Shown in pieces: positions 10,216-19,822 of a stretch of DNA of 64,000 bases. Position numbers and translations under genes: made by a program. This DNA comes from a virus (Duplodnaviria; Caudoviricetes). The notes under the pieces were generated by a model, which saw only the letters and a list, made by a program, of their open reading frames with translations, had not been told where the DNA came from and did not search any database. The stretch lies in the IMG/VR virus record IMGVR_UViG_3300005937_000009, positions 8,190 to 72,189 of that record; one strand, given 5' to 3'. How positions within the stretch are numbered: position 1 is the stretch's first letter; each line of letters starts with the position of its first letter.

Positions 10216-12469
10216 CTATCTTGAGTTCATCCAGCCGAGCGCTAACGCTATCCTGTGTGGCCATGCGGACCCGTACCGCCACGGTGCGCAGTTTTCGGAC
10301 ATTCATTTTCTTCCGGGCGGTCGTGACCACGGGAGTATTGACCCCGAAGGTAAGCTGGCCGCTCTGGGAATTGCCCCCGGCCTGTAGATCGCTGATCGGT
10401 ACGGCGCCATCAGCCACCGAGCCGTAAATCTCGCAGACGATGTTAGCCGCCGTGCTGCGGCCAGCGGTCAAGATGAGTCCTTCGACAGTCTTATCAAACC
10501 CCTCCGCACCCATATCCATGAACGGGGAAGCGGCGAAGACTTCGCCCACTTCGCCATTGGCCACCGAAACGGTATAGATATTGGTGGCTCCCGCATTGGT
10601 TGGAGATGCGAAATACATCACCCCCTGTACGGTCGCGGTCGAGGTCGCATAGGTCGGGTCAACATCGCTCAGATCTTCCATTCTGAGCGGTGGCCCCCAG
10701 ACCCCCATGCGCAGCATAAATGGCAGCAATGTGCCGTAGCGCGCCGTGCCGCCTGATCGTGTGCCGTCGTCGGCGTGCATATAACAGATAGCCTCGATCT
10801 GCTGGTTATACGCAACGGTGACTTTGCCGGCATCCCACGTTGACATGATCGAATCGACGGGAGCGGCAAAGGCATGCTCCGTTTCCACCTTATCCCCGAA
10901 TGCCGCTGAACGGGTCGCACCGTTGGTCGTGAAGGCGTAGAGATATCCGTTGGCAAACGCGATTGCTCGCGGGTTCCTGAATCCGACGGTCCAGAATGGC
11001 TTAGTGACCAATGGCACATCAGGATCTCCGGAAGCCTCCGCGAAGTTGAGGGAATTGGCGGTCAGTAAATAGATCCGCTCCTGCGCCTGGTAATAGCCTA
11101 TGATCGGGTCGGGCGGGTCGATCGCCACGGCGGAACGGGCAGGGTAGGCTTCGAAGTTGTAACCGCCCACGGTGCTCTTGGCCGGCCTGATCACCGGGCC
11201 GGGTGTTTCATCGGCTGACCGGATCGTAAGCCCGGAAGCGGTCGCCAGCGCATTCGTGGCCACCGTCATCGATGTATTAGATGAAATTACCGTCACGCGG
11301 TAGAGCAAGTCGTTGATCCAGACGAAGCGGCCAACCGCCAGCTCTGAAGTGAACTGCGTCGAAGTGCCGGTGATGGTCGCGCTGGCCGCCGTCGTCGCCG
11401 CCGTCCCGCTCAAGACGCGCCCCGCGCCATTGCAGGAGATCAGAACCGGAAGGCCACCGAGCGAGGCGACGAAGCCGGCGGAGGTCGCCGGGTCGTTATC
11501 AAATTCAAGTAGATCATTCTGGGATACTTCGGCGTCGGCCCATTCGATCGTGACGTTACCGCCCCCGCTCGACACTTCGGCAGTCGTGATGAAGCGTCCG
11601 AAGTCATACCATGGGCCTTGCGTCGGTGTCGTGTTGGTCGAGAGGGTAACGTAAACCTTCCATACGTCCTGGCCCGCTCCCGTGTCCATGGCCGGGAAAG
11701 TGATTTGCACCCGCTGGTTTGCCATGAGCGTTACCGATGCGCTGGGGCTGGCCTGGTTCCATCCCTTCGTGGCGCTTTTGGCCGAAACGATCCTAACGCT
11801 GTATGTCGTCGCGGCCATCTTCGTGCCGCCCGCGACATTCGCCAATGTCGGCGCGACCGGCGTGGTCATCCCGAGGCGATAGGGTGTGTAATTGCCGTTT
11901 CCCGGATTGTAGATAGCAAGCTGCGGTTGATCGGTCAGAGTCCAACCGCCCCCGGCCAGGACCGAACCATTAATGCGGACGGCGCCACGTCCCGCCCCCA
12001 GCAGATGCCCCTCTGGAAGGCGAACCACCGAACCTCGTATCAGGGTCAAAATGACGGTATCGAGCGCTTGAATCTGCTGCAAGATCGCAATCTGAATACC
12101 CGAACCGGTGGACGCGGCAGCCGGGGAGACCTGCATGGAGGTATCCGAATCAATACGAAAGACCGTATAGACTCGGCTGCTGATTGCTATCTCCTGCCCC
12201 GGCACAAATTCACTTAAGAACTTGGTGCTTGTCCCCGTGACCGTATTGCTGCCGGTGGTGATGGCAGCGGTGCCGGTCGCCAGGGTATTGCTACCCGATG
12301 CGGCAAAGAGTCCGTATCCTGTGTACTGCTCCAGATACTTGAACTCCGAGCCGCCTTTCAGGATCACATTAAGCCCCTGGTAGATATAATCGGCCTGTTC
12401 GCCGGTAACTGGCGCCGTCGGGTAGTAGCCCTGAATCGGCCTGAAGACTGCCTTGTAGGGATTCGACAT
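10187..12469 (-). CDS. Probable tail nozzle / DNA stabilization protein (P22 gp10 / T7 gp12-like)
   Basis: 760 aa, beta-rich, follows the adaptor genes and precedes the ejection cassette; two internal ATGTAA(I)T beta-sandwich inserts. Confidence 0.6.
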   Translation of the reverse strand: MSNPYKAVFRPIQGYYPTAPVTGEQADYIYQGLNVILKGGSEFKYLEQYTGYGLFAASGSNTLATGTAAITTGSNTVTGTSTKFLSEFVPGQEIAISSRVYTVFRIDSDTSMQVSPAAASTGSGIQIAILQQIQALDTVILTLIRGSVVRLPEGHLLGAGRGAVRINGSVLAGGGWTLTDQPQLAIYNPGNGNYTPYRLGMTTPVAPTLANVAGGTKMAATTYSVRIVSAKSATKGWNQASPSASVTLMANQRVQITFPAMDTGAGQDVWKVYVTLSTNTTPTQGPWYDFGRFITTAEVSSGGGNVTIEWADAEVSQNDLLEFDNDPATSAGFVASLGGLPVLISCNGAGRVLSGTAATTAASATITGTSTQFTSELAVGRFVWINDLLYRVTVISSNTSMTVATNALATASGLTIRSADETPGPVIRPAKSTVGGYNFEAYPARSAVAIDPPDPIIGYYQAQERIYLLTANSLNFAEASGDPDVPLVTKPFWTVGFRNPRAIAFANGYLYAFTTNGATRSAAFGDKVETEHAFAAPVDSIMSTWDAGKVTVAYNQQIEAICYMHADDGTRSGGTARYGTLLPFMLRMGVWGPPLRMEDLSDVDPTYATSTATVQGVMYFASPTNAGATNIYTVSVANGEVGEVFAASPFMDMGAEGFDKTVEGLILTAGRSTAANIVCEIYGSVADGAVPISDLQAGGNSQSGQLTFGVNTPVVTTARKKMNVRKLRTVAVRVRMATQDSVSARLDELKIDGEIDTVSY

Positions 12470-13068
12470 TACGATTTGCTGGCGGGTTCGCTCGAAACGC
12501 CTATCTGGCCGCGCAAGCGGATCGCCAGACGATCTTTCAGGTTGTTCTCAATCTCCGGGTCAATTTCGGTGTTGAGATCGCTCTTGGCCGGGATATGGAT
12601 CACATTCAAAGTCAAAGGGCTGGTGGTATCGGTAAAGCCCCCGGTGGAGATGGCGCGGGTGTGAATCTCGCTCACGCCTGATGTGTTCCCCTCGATGCAG
12701 TAATAGCCGAATAGATAGGGAGCGGGGAGGGTGAGCAGATCAGAGCGGTTGTGGACCCGTTGCAGGACGTTGCCATAGCCATTATTCGCGCTCGCGTCTG
12801 CGTCTCTCACCGTACCCTCTCCCATGTATTCGATGAGCACGGTTGCGGGCACCGTCCCGATACCGTTGGTCAAGATTACCGAGAACTCTTTCACCATCCT
12901 GGCGCGCAGCCGTGGATTACCGTGCAGGACCGCCGCGAGTTCCTGAATCGCGCTGTCAAAGATTGATTCCGCCTCAAGGGTCAACTTCTGGATGGGTGCC
13001 GTGTCCGGGTCCATCCCCGCTATCGCAATATCGATCGATTCAAGAATGATCTGGTTGAGAGTCGCCAT
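12469..13068 (-). CDS. Probable head-tail adaptor protein
   Basis: 199 aa; helical N- and C-termini around a beta core; translationally coupled to the nozzle gene. Confidence 0.5.
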   Translation of the reverse strand: MATLNQIILESIDIAIAGMDPDTAPIQKLTLEAESIFDSAIQELAAVLHGNPRLRARMVKEFSVILTNGIGTVPATVLIEYMGEGTVRDADASANNGYGNVLQRVHNRSDLLTLPAPYLFGYYCIEGNTSGVSEIHTRAISTGGFTDTTSPLTLNVIHIPAKSDLNTEIDPEIENNLKDRLAIRLRGQIGVSSEPASKS

Positions 13069-13796
13069 TAAGCCGCCGTCCCCAGCATCAATTGAGGTAT
13101 GCCCGTGGAGCCCGCCGCGATCATCGCCAATCCCGCCTGGTAGTAGCCCGCGAACGTCCCGGCCTGATCCAGGTTCTTGCCGTTGACGGTGGCCGCCGCG
13201 ACCGCTCCCGCGACGATCAGATCCGCGAGCACATCGGGAACCGTGATATTGCCCGATGCCACGGCTGATACCTGGTCGCTGCGTTCGTAGACGCAGACAT
13301 CAATCGTAATGTTCGTGGTCGTATGCCAGACTTGGCCCCCGCTGATCGTCCATAACCACGGGTTGTTGGTGTAGATTCCAGAATTGTTCTTGTATTTGCT
13401 GATCCGCTGGACGCTGGCCCGCGTCAAGAGTTGGTCGGTGTCGCTCGCGTCGTAAGCCTCACCGAAAGCGCCGATGATGTTTTTGCCGGTAGAACCGGTC
13501 GTCGGCAGGTTGGCGCCGTGCGAGAGGTTCGATGTCTTATCCCGGAAGAATCCGCGCCATGGGTGGTTCCCTATCCCCTCCCGGTTTACGCAAGAGGCGA
13601 TAGCCAGCGCAATTCGGCCATGAGCGTTGATGGCTAGATCTTGCAGGAAGGCCAAAGGGTAGACCACATCATCAATGGTCGATGTGGTGTGCGGCGTGGT
13701 CGCGTAATTGGTCGCCGCCGCTGATGCGGTCGCGCCCGCGAGGGCGTTGACGTGCTTTGCGATCTCCGAAACGAGTTTCGCGTAGGTAGTGGACAT
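13068..13796 (-). CDS. Probable head-tail adaptor/connector paralog
   Basis: 242 aa, same helix-beta-helix layout (MSTTYAKLVSEI...DLIVAGAVA...YYQAGL). Confidence 0.45.
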   Translation of the reverse strand: MSTTYAKLVSEIAKHVNALAGATASAAATNYATTPHTTSTIDDVVYPLAFLQDLAINAHGRIALAIASCVNREGIGNHPWRGFFRDKTSNLSHGANLPTTGSTGKNIIGAFGEAYDASDTDQLLTRASVQRISKYKNNSGIYTNNPWLWTISGGQVWHTTTNITIDVCVYERSDQVSAVASGNITVPDVLADLIVAGAVAAATVNGKNLDQAGTFAGYYQAGLAMIAAGSTGIPQLMLGTAA

Positions 13797-14237
13797 CTAT
13801 AGACCGCTGATGCTATCGCCGATAATATAAATATCAGCCGTGGCCGCGCCGCCCTGCGGGGTCGTCAGTGAAAGATAGAGGGTGGTTTCGGTGCGTCTGT
13901 CGGTGCCAAGGATCGCGGCCAGTGTGCAATCAAGAAACTTGGTAGAACCGGTGAGGGCGGTATAAATCTGGGTATTCGCCACAATCGCGGTAGTCTTTCC
14001 CGTCGCCGCGTAGAATCCTCCGACAGCCGTTGTCAAGCTGGTCGATGGATTTGTCACGATGATTTTTCGAATAATATAATTGCTGCTGTTGATCAAAATG
14101 GCCTGGTCAGCCGTGCTGTTCATATTGGCGGACTTCAGCACGCCCAGCACACCGGTCATCTCGCTTACGACTTTTCGTTGTGGTGCGGTGAAGGACGAAA
14201 AGAGGAGAAGAATACAGAGAGGTAATAGAAGCTTCAT
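13797..14237 (-). CDS. Beta-rich virion-type protein with predicted signal peptide
   Basis: Start reassigned to MKLLLPLCILLLFSSFTAP (ATG 14237); Thr-rich beta-sandwich body. Confidence 0.6.
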   Translation of the reverse strand: MKLLLPLCILLLFSSFTAPQRKVVSEMTGVLGVLKSANMNSTADQAILINSSNYIIRKIIVTNPSTSLTTAVGGFYAATGKTTAIVANTQIYTALTGSTKFLDCTLAAILGTDRRTETTLYLSLTTPQGGAATADIYIIGDSISGL

Positions 14238-14238
14238 A

Positions 14239-14748
14239 TCAATTAACTGTTGCCGTTCCGGTCGCGGCCGTGGCAATCCATTGGGTTGCCGAGATCGCCG
14301 TAAGGCTGAGCGATGAGCCCACGGCATCGAGCGTTACATTGCCCGCCGCCGCTGATTGAGAGGCGCCTACCTGAATCGTGGTCGATGCTCCCGCCGTGAT
14401 AGTTACCGTCTGGTTTGCGTCCCGATAGAAGATGTATCGAAGCCCCGCCGCCGCCGTCGGCAAAGTGAAGTTGACGCCCGCACCCGCGCCCGTGTTGGTG
14501 AAGAAAGTACCGGCGTCGGTGGCCAGCACCGTATAACCGGTGGTCTTTGCCGTCACCGTCACGTTTCCCGCCCCTGAGAAGGTAAGCAGATTATTGCTTC
14601 GGGTCAGGCTGTTATTTGGAAAGACGACCTTAGCCGGATTGGTGACTTTGGGCGAGCCGTCGGCCTCCTGAAAGATAATCGGGCTCGCGGTCTGCATCGC
14701 GGCCACGAACGGCAGCAGCAGCAGTATAAAGAGCGAACGATATTTCAT
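14239..14748 (-). CDS. Fibre-like protein with predicted signal peptide
   Basis: Start MKYRSLFILLLLPFVAAMQ (ATG 14748, TAATG overlap); QEADGSP module; VTAKTTGYTVLATDAG..TLPTAAAGL fibre-type motif. Confidence 0.65.
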   Translation of the reverse strand: MKYRSLFILLLLPFVAAMQTASPIIFQEADGSPKVTNPAKVVFPNNSLTRSNNLLTFSGAGNVTVTAKTTGYTVLATDAGTFFTNTGAGAGVNFTLPTAAAGLRYIFYRDANQTVTITAGASTTIQVGASQSAAAGNVTLDAVGSSLSLTAISATQWIATAATGTATVN

Positions 14749-15776
14749 TAGTTCCTTAAGGATGTGCGCCATGCGCCCGTGGTGTTATCGTAGATCACAT
14801 CGGCGCATTTGTTAGCCGCAAGTGTCAGGGCTGCTCCTGTAGAGTTCAGAAACCGGTTAGCCGCCGTCGAGGATGCCGATTGATGTTGAAAGACGATGTT
14901 TTGAGCCCCCACATTGCAAATGACGTGCGTTTGCCCATCTACCTGCGCCGTGCTGAAGGTGAGCCCGGTAACATTGCGGGAAGCATCGGAAGACCAGCGC
15001 TGAAAGTAGGAAGTGCCGCCGGGGTTGTAATTATTCTGGTCGGCGGTGATCTGCGCGGGAGTGGTCGCCACGGCGCGAAAGGTGCCGCCCACCGTCGTTG
15101 CGCTGGTATGCAATCCGGTGACGCCGGGAGCCGCACGATTGAGTCCCGTATCCTGCGTGTCGTACCAGTTATTACCGTTCGTCCACCACAGTTTGGCCCC
15201 TGAACTGAACGCCATGCCTGCATTGGCCGGATTGAATGACGTGAATGCCGCCAGTTCGTTTCCGCTTCCGGAATCGAATGTCACGAAGGCGGGACCATAG
15301 GTTGAACCACCCTTGTAAATCCACCAGAGGTCCGCGCCGTTCTCCTGAATCAAAATATGCTTGGATGCGGACGCGGCGGCAGTAGGGGTGATGTTCGATT
15401 GCCAGGTAATGAAGGTCACACCGGCATTGTTCCATGTCGCGGTGTGGGTAAAGGCCGGTGTGCTGCTGGTCAGCGTCCCCTGATTTAACGTCGTGGTCCC
15501 GCTAACCGTCCCGCCCCCGGTGTAGGTGATCTGGCTTCCACTCCGGGTCAGGCTGCCGTTAGGGAAAATGAGCTTTGTAGCATTGGTCTGCGCGGGCGAG
15601 CCATCAGCCTCTTGGATCTTGAGGGGTGGAACAGTCTGCAAAAACGGCAGAAAATCAACCGGAATCCGCAGATTGACTATCGCCTTTTTGCGCGGCGCTT
15701 CCCGTTCAGGCTGCTGAGACAGGCCGATACCGGCCATGGCGCAGAGACAAAATACGATAAGAATAGAACGCTGCAT
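14748..15776 (-). CDS. Fibre-like protein with predicted signal peptide
   Basis: MQRSILIVFCLCAMAGIGLS-Q leader; QEADGSP module; C-terminal beta domain with terminal ..YDNTTGAWR. Confidence 0.65.
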   Translation of the reverse strand: MQRSILIVFCLCAMAGIGLSQQPEREAPRKKAIVNLRIPVDFLPFLQTVPPLKIQEADGSPAQTNATKLIFPNGSLTRSGSQITYTGGGTVSGTTTLNQGTLTSSTPAFTHTATWNNAGVTFITWQSNITPTAAASASKHILIQENGADLWWIYKGGSTYGPAFVTFDSGSGNELAAFTSFNPANAGMAFSSGAKLWWTNGNNWYDTQDTGLNRAAPGVTGLHTSATTVGGTFRAVATTPAQITADQNNYNPGGTSYFQRWSSDASRNVTGLTFSTAQVDGQTHVICNVGAQNIVFQHQSASSTAANRFLNSTGAALTLAANKCADVIYDNTTGAWRTSLRN

Positions 15777-15780
15777 TCGA

Positions 15781-18039
15781 TTAAGGCGCGGTATATTTGA
15801 TGAGGTCGGTTTCTACCTGGCTCAATACGGCGTTGGTGGTATTGGTCAGATTTTGACCGGTGGCCTTGAAGATCGCGGTTGAACTGGCGGTAAAACCGAT
15901 ACTGACCGTAGCCGTTTTAGTCGCAATCGCGGTGCCACTTGCATCGATCGTGCCGATGATGGTAGCCACGGCGCGCACGTTGGATGCATCGATTCTCGTG
16001 ATGGTTCCCCAGACATGGACGCTTTGAGCCCCGCTGTTCGTCCATGAATGCTGCACAATCACGGTTCCATTGAAGAGAATCTGAAGGTTGCGGCCGACGT
16101 TATCGGCAGAAGTCAGAAAGACGCAATTGAAGTGCATTACGTCGCCATCGGTGCCGAACACATTAGCCGCGATCGTTTTCGAGTGTAGGTCCGTAACCGA
16201 ATTACTTGAAGTCGATGAGGTCGCGGTATTGACATAGTACGCGCCACCCAACGTGATCGTATCGGTCGAGGGCGTTGAACCATTGCCTGCCCTCGTGGTG
16301 ACTCTGCCGCCGTTATTTAAGGTGTAATAAATAGAACTGTTCTTACCCGCCGTAATGATATCGTTCGCGCCCGTGGTATTGACGCTCAATATCGGGTTGC
16401 CCGAGCCGCTTAAGGTGGCCCCTCCAAACGTCGGCGTAGAAGTCGTGGCAATGTCCTGCGGCGTTGATAACGTGGGATTGCCCGAGACCCCATCACCATT
16501 TGAGACGTTAACCTGATTGCTCGTACCGGTGATCGTGCGGGTTGTCCATGTGCTCGTTCCCGTTCGCGTGGCTATTCCGTTGGTGCTCAATCCCTCGACC
16601 GCGTTCAAATCGTCGGCCAGGGCCAGGGTGGGATTACCTGAGACGCCGTTGCCATTCGTCACGGTGATACCCGCCGCTGGCCCTGTCAAAGTGCGCGTCG
16701 TCCATGTGTCGGTGGCTGTTCTTGTGGCAAGTCCGTTTGTCGAGAGCCCTTCGACGCCGGCCAGGTCGTTTGCAAGCGCGAGCGTGATATCCCCCGCGAT
16801 GCCTGCGGGATTCGTGATTGTGATGCCTGCTGCCGGTTGCGTCACTTGGCGCTGTACCCATGTATCGGTCGCGGACCTTACGGCAATCCCGGTGCTCGAT
16901 AGTCCTTCCAGCGCGGCCAGGTCGTTTGCAAGTGCAAAGGTGGGATCGCCGGCAATGCCCGCCGGATTGGTGATGGTCAGGCCGGCTGCGGGCTGCTGCA
17001 ACGTCCGGGCGGACCCGGTGCCGGTCCCCGTGCGCGCCCATAGGCCATTACTCGTATTCGATGCCAATGCATCAAGATCGCTATCAGCCGTGACATTGAT
17101 CTTTGATCCGGTGTCGGCTGCGGTATAGCTCGATCCGACAAAGTTTAAGATGTTGCGCTGCGGGAGGTCTGATCCTTCCTCCTGAATCCGGGTGATGGAG
17201 CCGTTAACCGTGAGGGTTCCGCTTGAGATTGAGAACTCGGAAGCCAGGGTTAAACAATTCGTCGGCCTGCCCGATGAAGCGAAATAGACGAGCTGATTGA
17301 CGGTGCAGGAGGGCAGAAAGTTATTGATCTCCTGCTTCGAATAGGCGTCTAACCCCGTCACGACCGGGGGCGGATTGACCGTGTTAAAGCTGCAAATGTC
17401 CGCCCATGACGTAGGATTGCTGGTCGAACTCAGCATAAAAGACGTGACGCAACCGGGAAAGTTCTGGATAAATCCCCCGGATTGTGTATAGAGCGCGGCA
17501 GACCATCGGGAAGTGGTAGGGCTGCCGTCGGTCGTGGCCGGAAGATCGAAGGCCGGAAGATAGAGCACATTGGTTGAGCCGTTGTTGACCACGGAGGCCG
17601 CAACACGGGTGTACCAATTGCCGCTCCCCAGAGTGCCGGGTTGAATGGGAACGCTCGACCCGAGAGGCGTGAAGGCTGGCCCCGTCAAATAGGTTCTCAA
17701 ATGTACGAACTTATAGAGGGTTCCGCTATAGGTCGTAGTCGCATCAAGAAACGCGCTGGTCAGGGTCGCGGCGGATCTCGAGGGACAAGATGCGACCGTG
17801 TACGCCGTGCCGTTGATCAGGATGCGCCAGCCGGCCAACCCTACAACACTCTGCGGAAAGCATGAACTACATGTTAACGATGTGCTGGAAAGGGTCGCGC
17901 TGATCCCTGAAATCGTCAGATCGCTACCGATGTCAGTACGGTTGAAGCCGTTGACTGTCGTTGCCCCGATTGTAATGTCGGTGGCCAGCGCTGGCCCGGT
18001 GAGCACGAAGAAAAGAAGGATAAAGAGCAGATATCGCAT
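15781..18039 (-). CDS. Tail fibre-like protein with predicted signal peptide
   Basis: MRYLLFILLFFVLTGPALA leader; IQEEGSDLPQRNILNFVG motif; three 52-aa repeats (ANDLAALEGLSST / ANDLAGVEGLSTN / ADDLNAVEGLSTN, about 16450-17050); very Thr/Ser/Gly-rich. Confidence 0.75.
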   Translation of the reverse strand: MRYLLFILLFFVLTGPALATDITIGATTVNGFNRTDIGSDLTISGISATLSSTSLTCSSCFPQSVVGLAGWRILINGTAYTVASCPSRSAATLTSAFLDATTTYSGTLYKFVHLRTYLTGPAFTPLGSSVPIQPGTLGSGNWYTRVAASVVNNGSTNVLYLPAFDLPATTDGSPTTSRWSAALYTQSGGFIQNFPGCVTSFMLSSTSNPTSWADICSFNTVNPPPVVTGLDAYSKQEINNFLPSCTVNQLVYFASSGRPTNCLTLASEFSISSGTLTVNGSITRIQEEGSDLPQRNILNFVGSSYTAADTGSKINVTADSDLDALASNTSNGLWARTGTGTGSARTLQQPAAGLTITNPAGIAGDPTFALANDLAALEGLSSTGIAVRSATDTWVQRQVTQPAAGITITNPAGIAGDITLALANDLAGVEGLSTNGLATRTATDTWTTRTLTGPAAGITVTNGNGVSGNPTLALADDLNAVEGLSTNGIATRTGTSTWTTRTITGTSNQVNVSNGDGVSGNPTLSTPQDIATTSTPTFGGATLSGSGNPILSVNTTGANDIITAGKNSSIYYTLNNGGRVTTRAGNGSTPSTDTITLGGAYYVNTATSSTSSNSVTDLHSKTIAANVFGTDGDVMHFNCVFLTSADNVGRNLQILFNGTVIVQHSWTNSGAQSVHVWGTITRIDASNVRAVATIIGTIDASGTAIATKTATVSIGFTASSTAIFKATGQNLTNTTNAVLSQVETDLIKYTAP

Positions 18040-18040
18040 A

Positions 18041-18391
18041 CTATCCTAATAGACCATTGATCCTGGCGGTCACAGTCCCACCACCAACCACGTTAGCCGA
18101 CAATCGAGCCCGGACCCATGCCAGCATGCCCGGATAGGTGCCGTGATAGGCAACGCCCCCGGTCAGCGTTGAAAGGTCGATTGAATCAAGTTCATGCCAG
18201 GTGCCTGTATATGACGGGCTCTCAGAGTTGGTCTCTATCTTCAGAGTGCCTGATGAGATCGTACCGGCCCCAGCCACATCCCATGAGATCTGGCGGCAGT
18301 CATTCATGGCCTTCGTGGTGCCGGTGCCTGTCGTCGCCGCACTGAGGCTTAACGAATCATCGCTTGATGGCGGAAATTTAGAACCAACCAT
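18041..18391 (-). CDS. Small beta-sandwich virion protein
   Basis: 116 aa, alternating beta pattern ending WVRARLSANVVGGGTVTARING. Confidence 0.45.
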   Translation of the reverse strand: MVGSKFPPSSDDSLSLSAATTGTGTTKAMNDCRQISWDVAGAGTISSGTLKIETNSESPSYTGTWHELDSIDLSTLTGGVAYHGTYPGMLAWVRARLSANVVGGGTVTARINGLLG

Positions 18392-18403
18392 TGTATAGAC
18401 TCC

Positions 18404-19186
18404 TTACCATCCATAGTTGCCGGTCATCCGGCCCACGGGCATAAAATCAAGCTCGTAATCGCGGCCCATGCCGAGCTTCTGATTGACTCCTTCACGGGTG
18501 GGCTGAGCCTTGAAATCGTTGAATTGCTTTTGATACTTGGTGATGGCGTTGCTGAGCACTAGCGCCAGCGCTTTACACTTCATCTCCCATGCATCCGTCT
18601 TCTCGGTCAGGGAGACCGCGCCCCATGCGCATGCGGGCAGGGCATCGAGCGCCGTTTCGCACCTGATCAGGTGATGAAAAGCGCTGATTCCGGGCGTATC
18701 CTCAAGGGAACCGACATCGTAAAAGCAGTCGTACCAGATTTCGTATGTCACCGTCCCGCCTGGAATCGGGACAGGCCGCGCATACCATTGGGGAGCGGTC
18801 GCGGGCGTGCGGTAGAAAACGATCTCTACAGCGGAGTGCAATTGAGAGTTGTATTGCTGCGGCCCTAAATACCTGTATTCGGCATCCTGCATCAATGTGA
18901 AGGGGACTTCTCTCCGGACGTGGTAAGGGTCGCTAGCGTCCGTGGTATAGACCAGAAAAGGGCGCCCGAAGTCGGATGCGGTAATCAGATAATCCTCTGA
19001 TCCTGATCCGGTGGTGAGCGTCGTATGATTCACTGCCCAATGCGCCCGCACGTTGGCGAGTTGTAGCGTGTGGTCCGCTATCTTCTCCAACAGGATGTTG
19101 AGCAATATATGCTGCTGCGGGGCGGAGGGGTCAGGCTCAAGCAATCGCTGCCTGATCAGCGCGAGATTAGTTGTGATGGAAGGCAT
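18404..19186 (-). CDS. Probable adaptor/ring protein
   Basis: 260 aa, TLTTGSGSEDYLI..DFGRP motif and helical C-terminus; first gene of the tail block. Confidence 0.5.
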   Translation of the reverse strand: MPSITTNLALIRQRLLEPDPSAPQQHILLNILLEKIADHTLQLANVRAHWAVNHTTLTTGSGSEDYLITASDFGRPFLVYTTDASDPYHVRREVPFTLMQDAEYRYLGPQQYNSQLHSAVEIVFYRTPATAPQWYARPVPIPGGTVTYEIWYDCFYDVGSLEDTPGISAFHHLIRCETALDALPACAWGAVSLTEKTDAWEMKCKALALVLSNAITKYQKQFNDFKAQPTREGVNQKLGMGRDYELDFMPVGRMTGNYGW

Positions 19187-19189
19187 GGG

Positions 19190-19822
19190 TTAGCTTGCGG
19201 CTTCGAAGTTGAAGACCTCTTGGGCCAGTCTTTTTGCGGCTATTTCACAGTATTTTTCTTCGATCTCTATTCCGATGGATTTGATGCCGAGATCTTTAGC
19301 GGCGCGGAGAGTCGTACCGCTGCCCATGAATGGGTCCAAAATAACACCCGCTGGCGCACCTTTGAGGATATAGCGAAACAATGCCAGAGGTTTAGGGCAT
19401 GGGTGTGTATTCCCGCGACTATGATTTACTACATCTGGCAATGCGATGGCATCATTAGCAAAAGACCACCCATCACCGTATAGACTGATCGGTTCCCAGA
19501 TGGAAAAGCCTTTTACATTACTGCGCCGTGTACTTCCTGGCTTATACCAGCATAGAGACCATTTAGGCTTCGGCAGATGCCACAGATTGCGGAATGACAT
19601 GCAAATAGCCGCAGGAGATTCGTTTATCAGGCTTAAACATACTGGGAGGATGATTGATTGCCATTGTTCTGCCGTGTCTTCATATGATTGGTATTCAAAC
19701 CCGACGCCGTAAGGTGGATCTGTCACGACCACGCCAACCGGGCCCAACTGCGGCAATATCTCTCTGCAATCACCGTGGTAGATCGTCGCGTATTCATCCT
19801 GATAATACGGCGTGAGGCTCAT
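19190..19822 (-). CDS. Amino (N6-A/N4-C) DNA methyltransferase, beta class
   Basis: VVTDPPYG catalytic motif precedes HPCPKP and DPFMGSGTT SAM-binding motif. Confidence 0.92.
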   Translation of the reverse strand: MSLTPYYQDEYATIYHGDCREILPQLGPVGVVVTDPPYGVGFEYQSYEDTAEQWQSIILPVCLSLINESPAAICMSFRNLWHLPKPKWSLCWYKPGSTRRSNVKGFSIWEPISLYGDGWSFANDAIALPDVVNHSRGNTHPCPKPLALFRYILKGAPAGVILDPFMGSGTTLRAAKDLGIKSIGIEIEEKYCEIAAKRLAQEVFNFEAAS

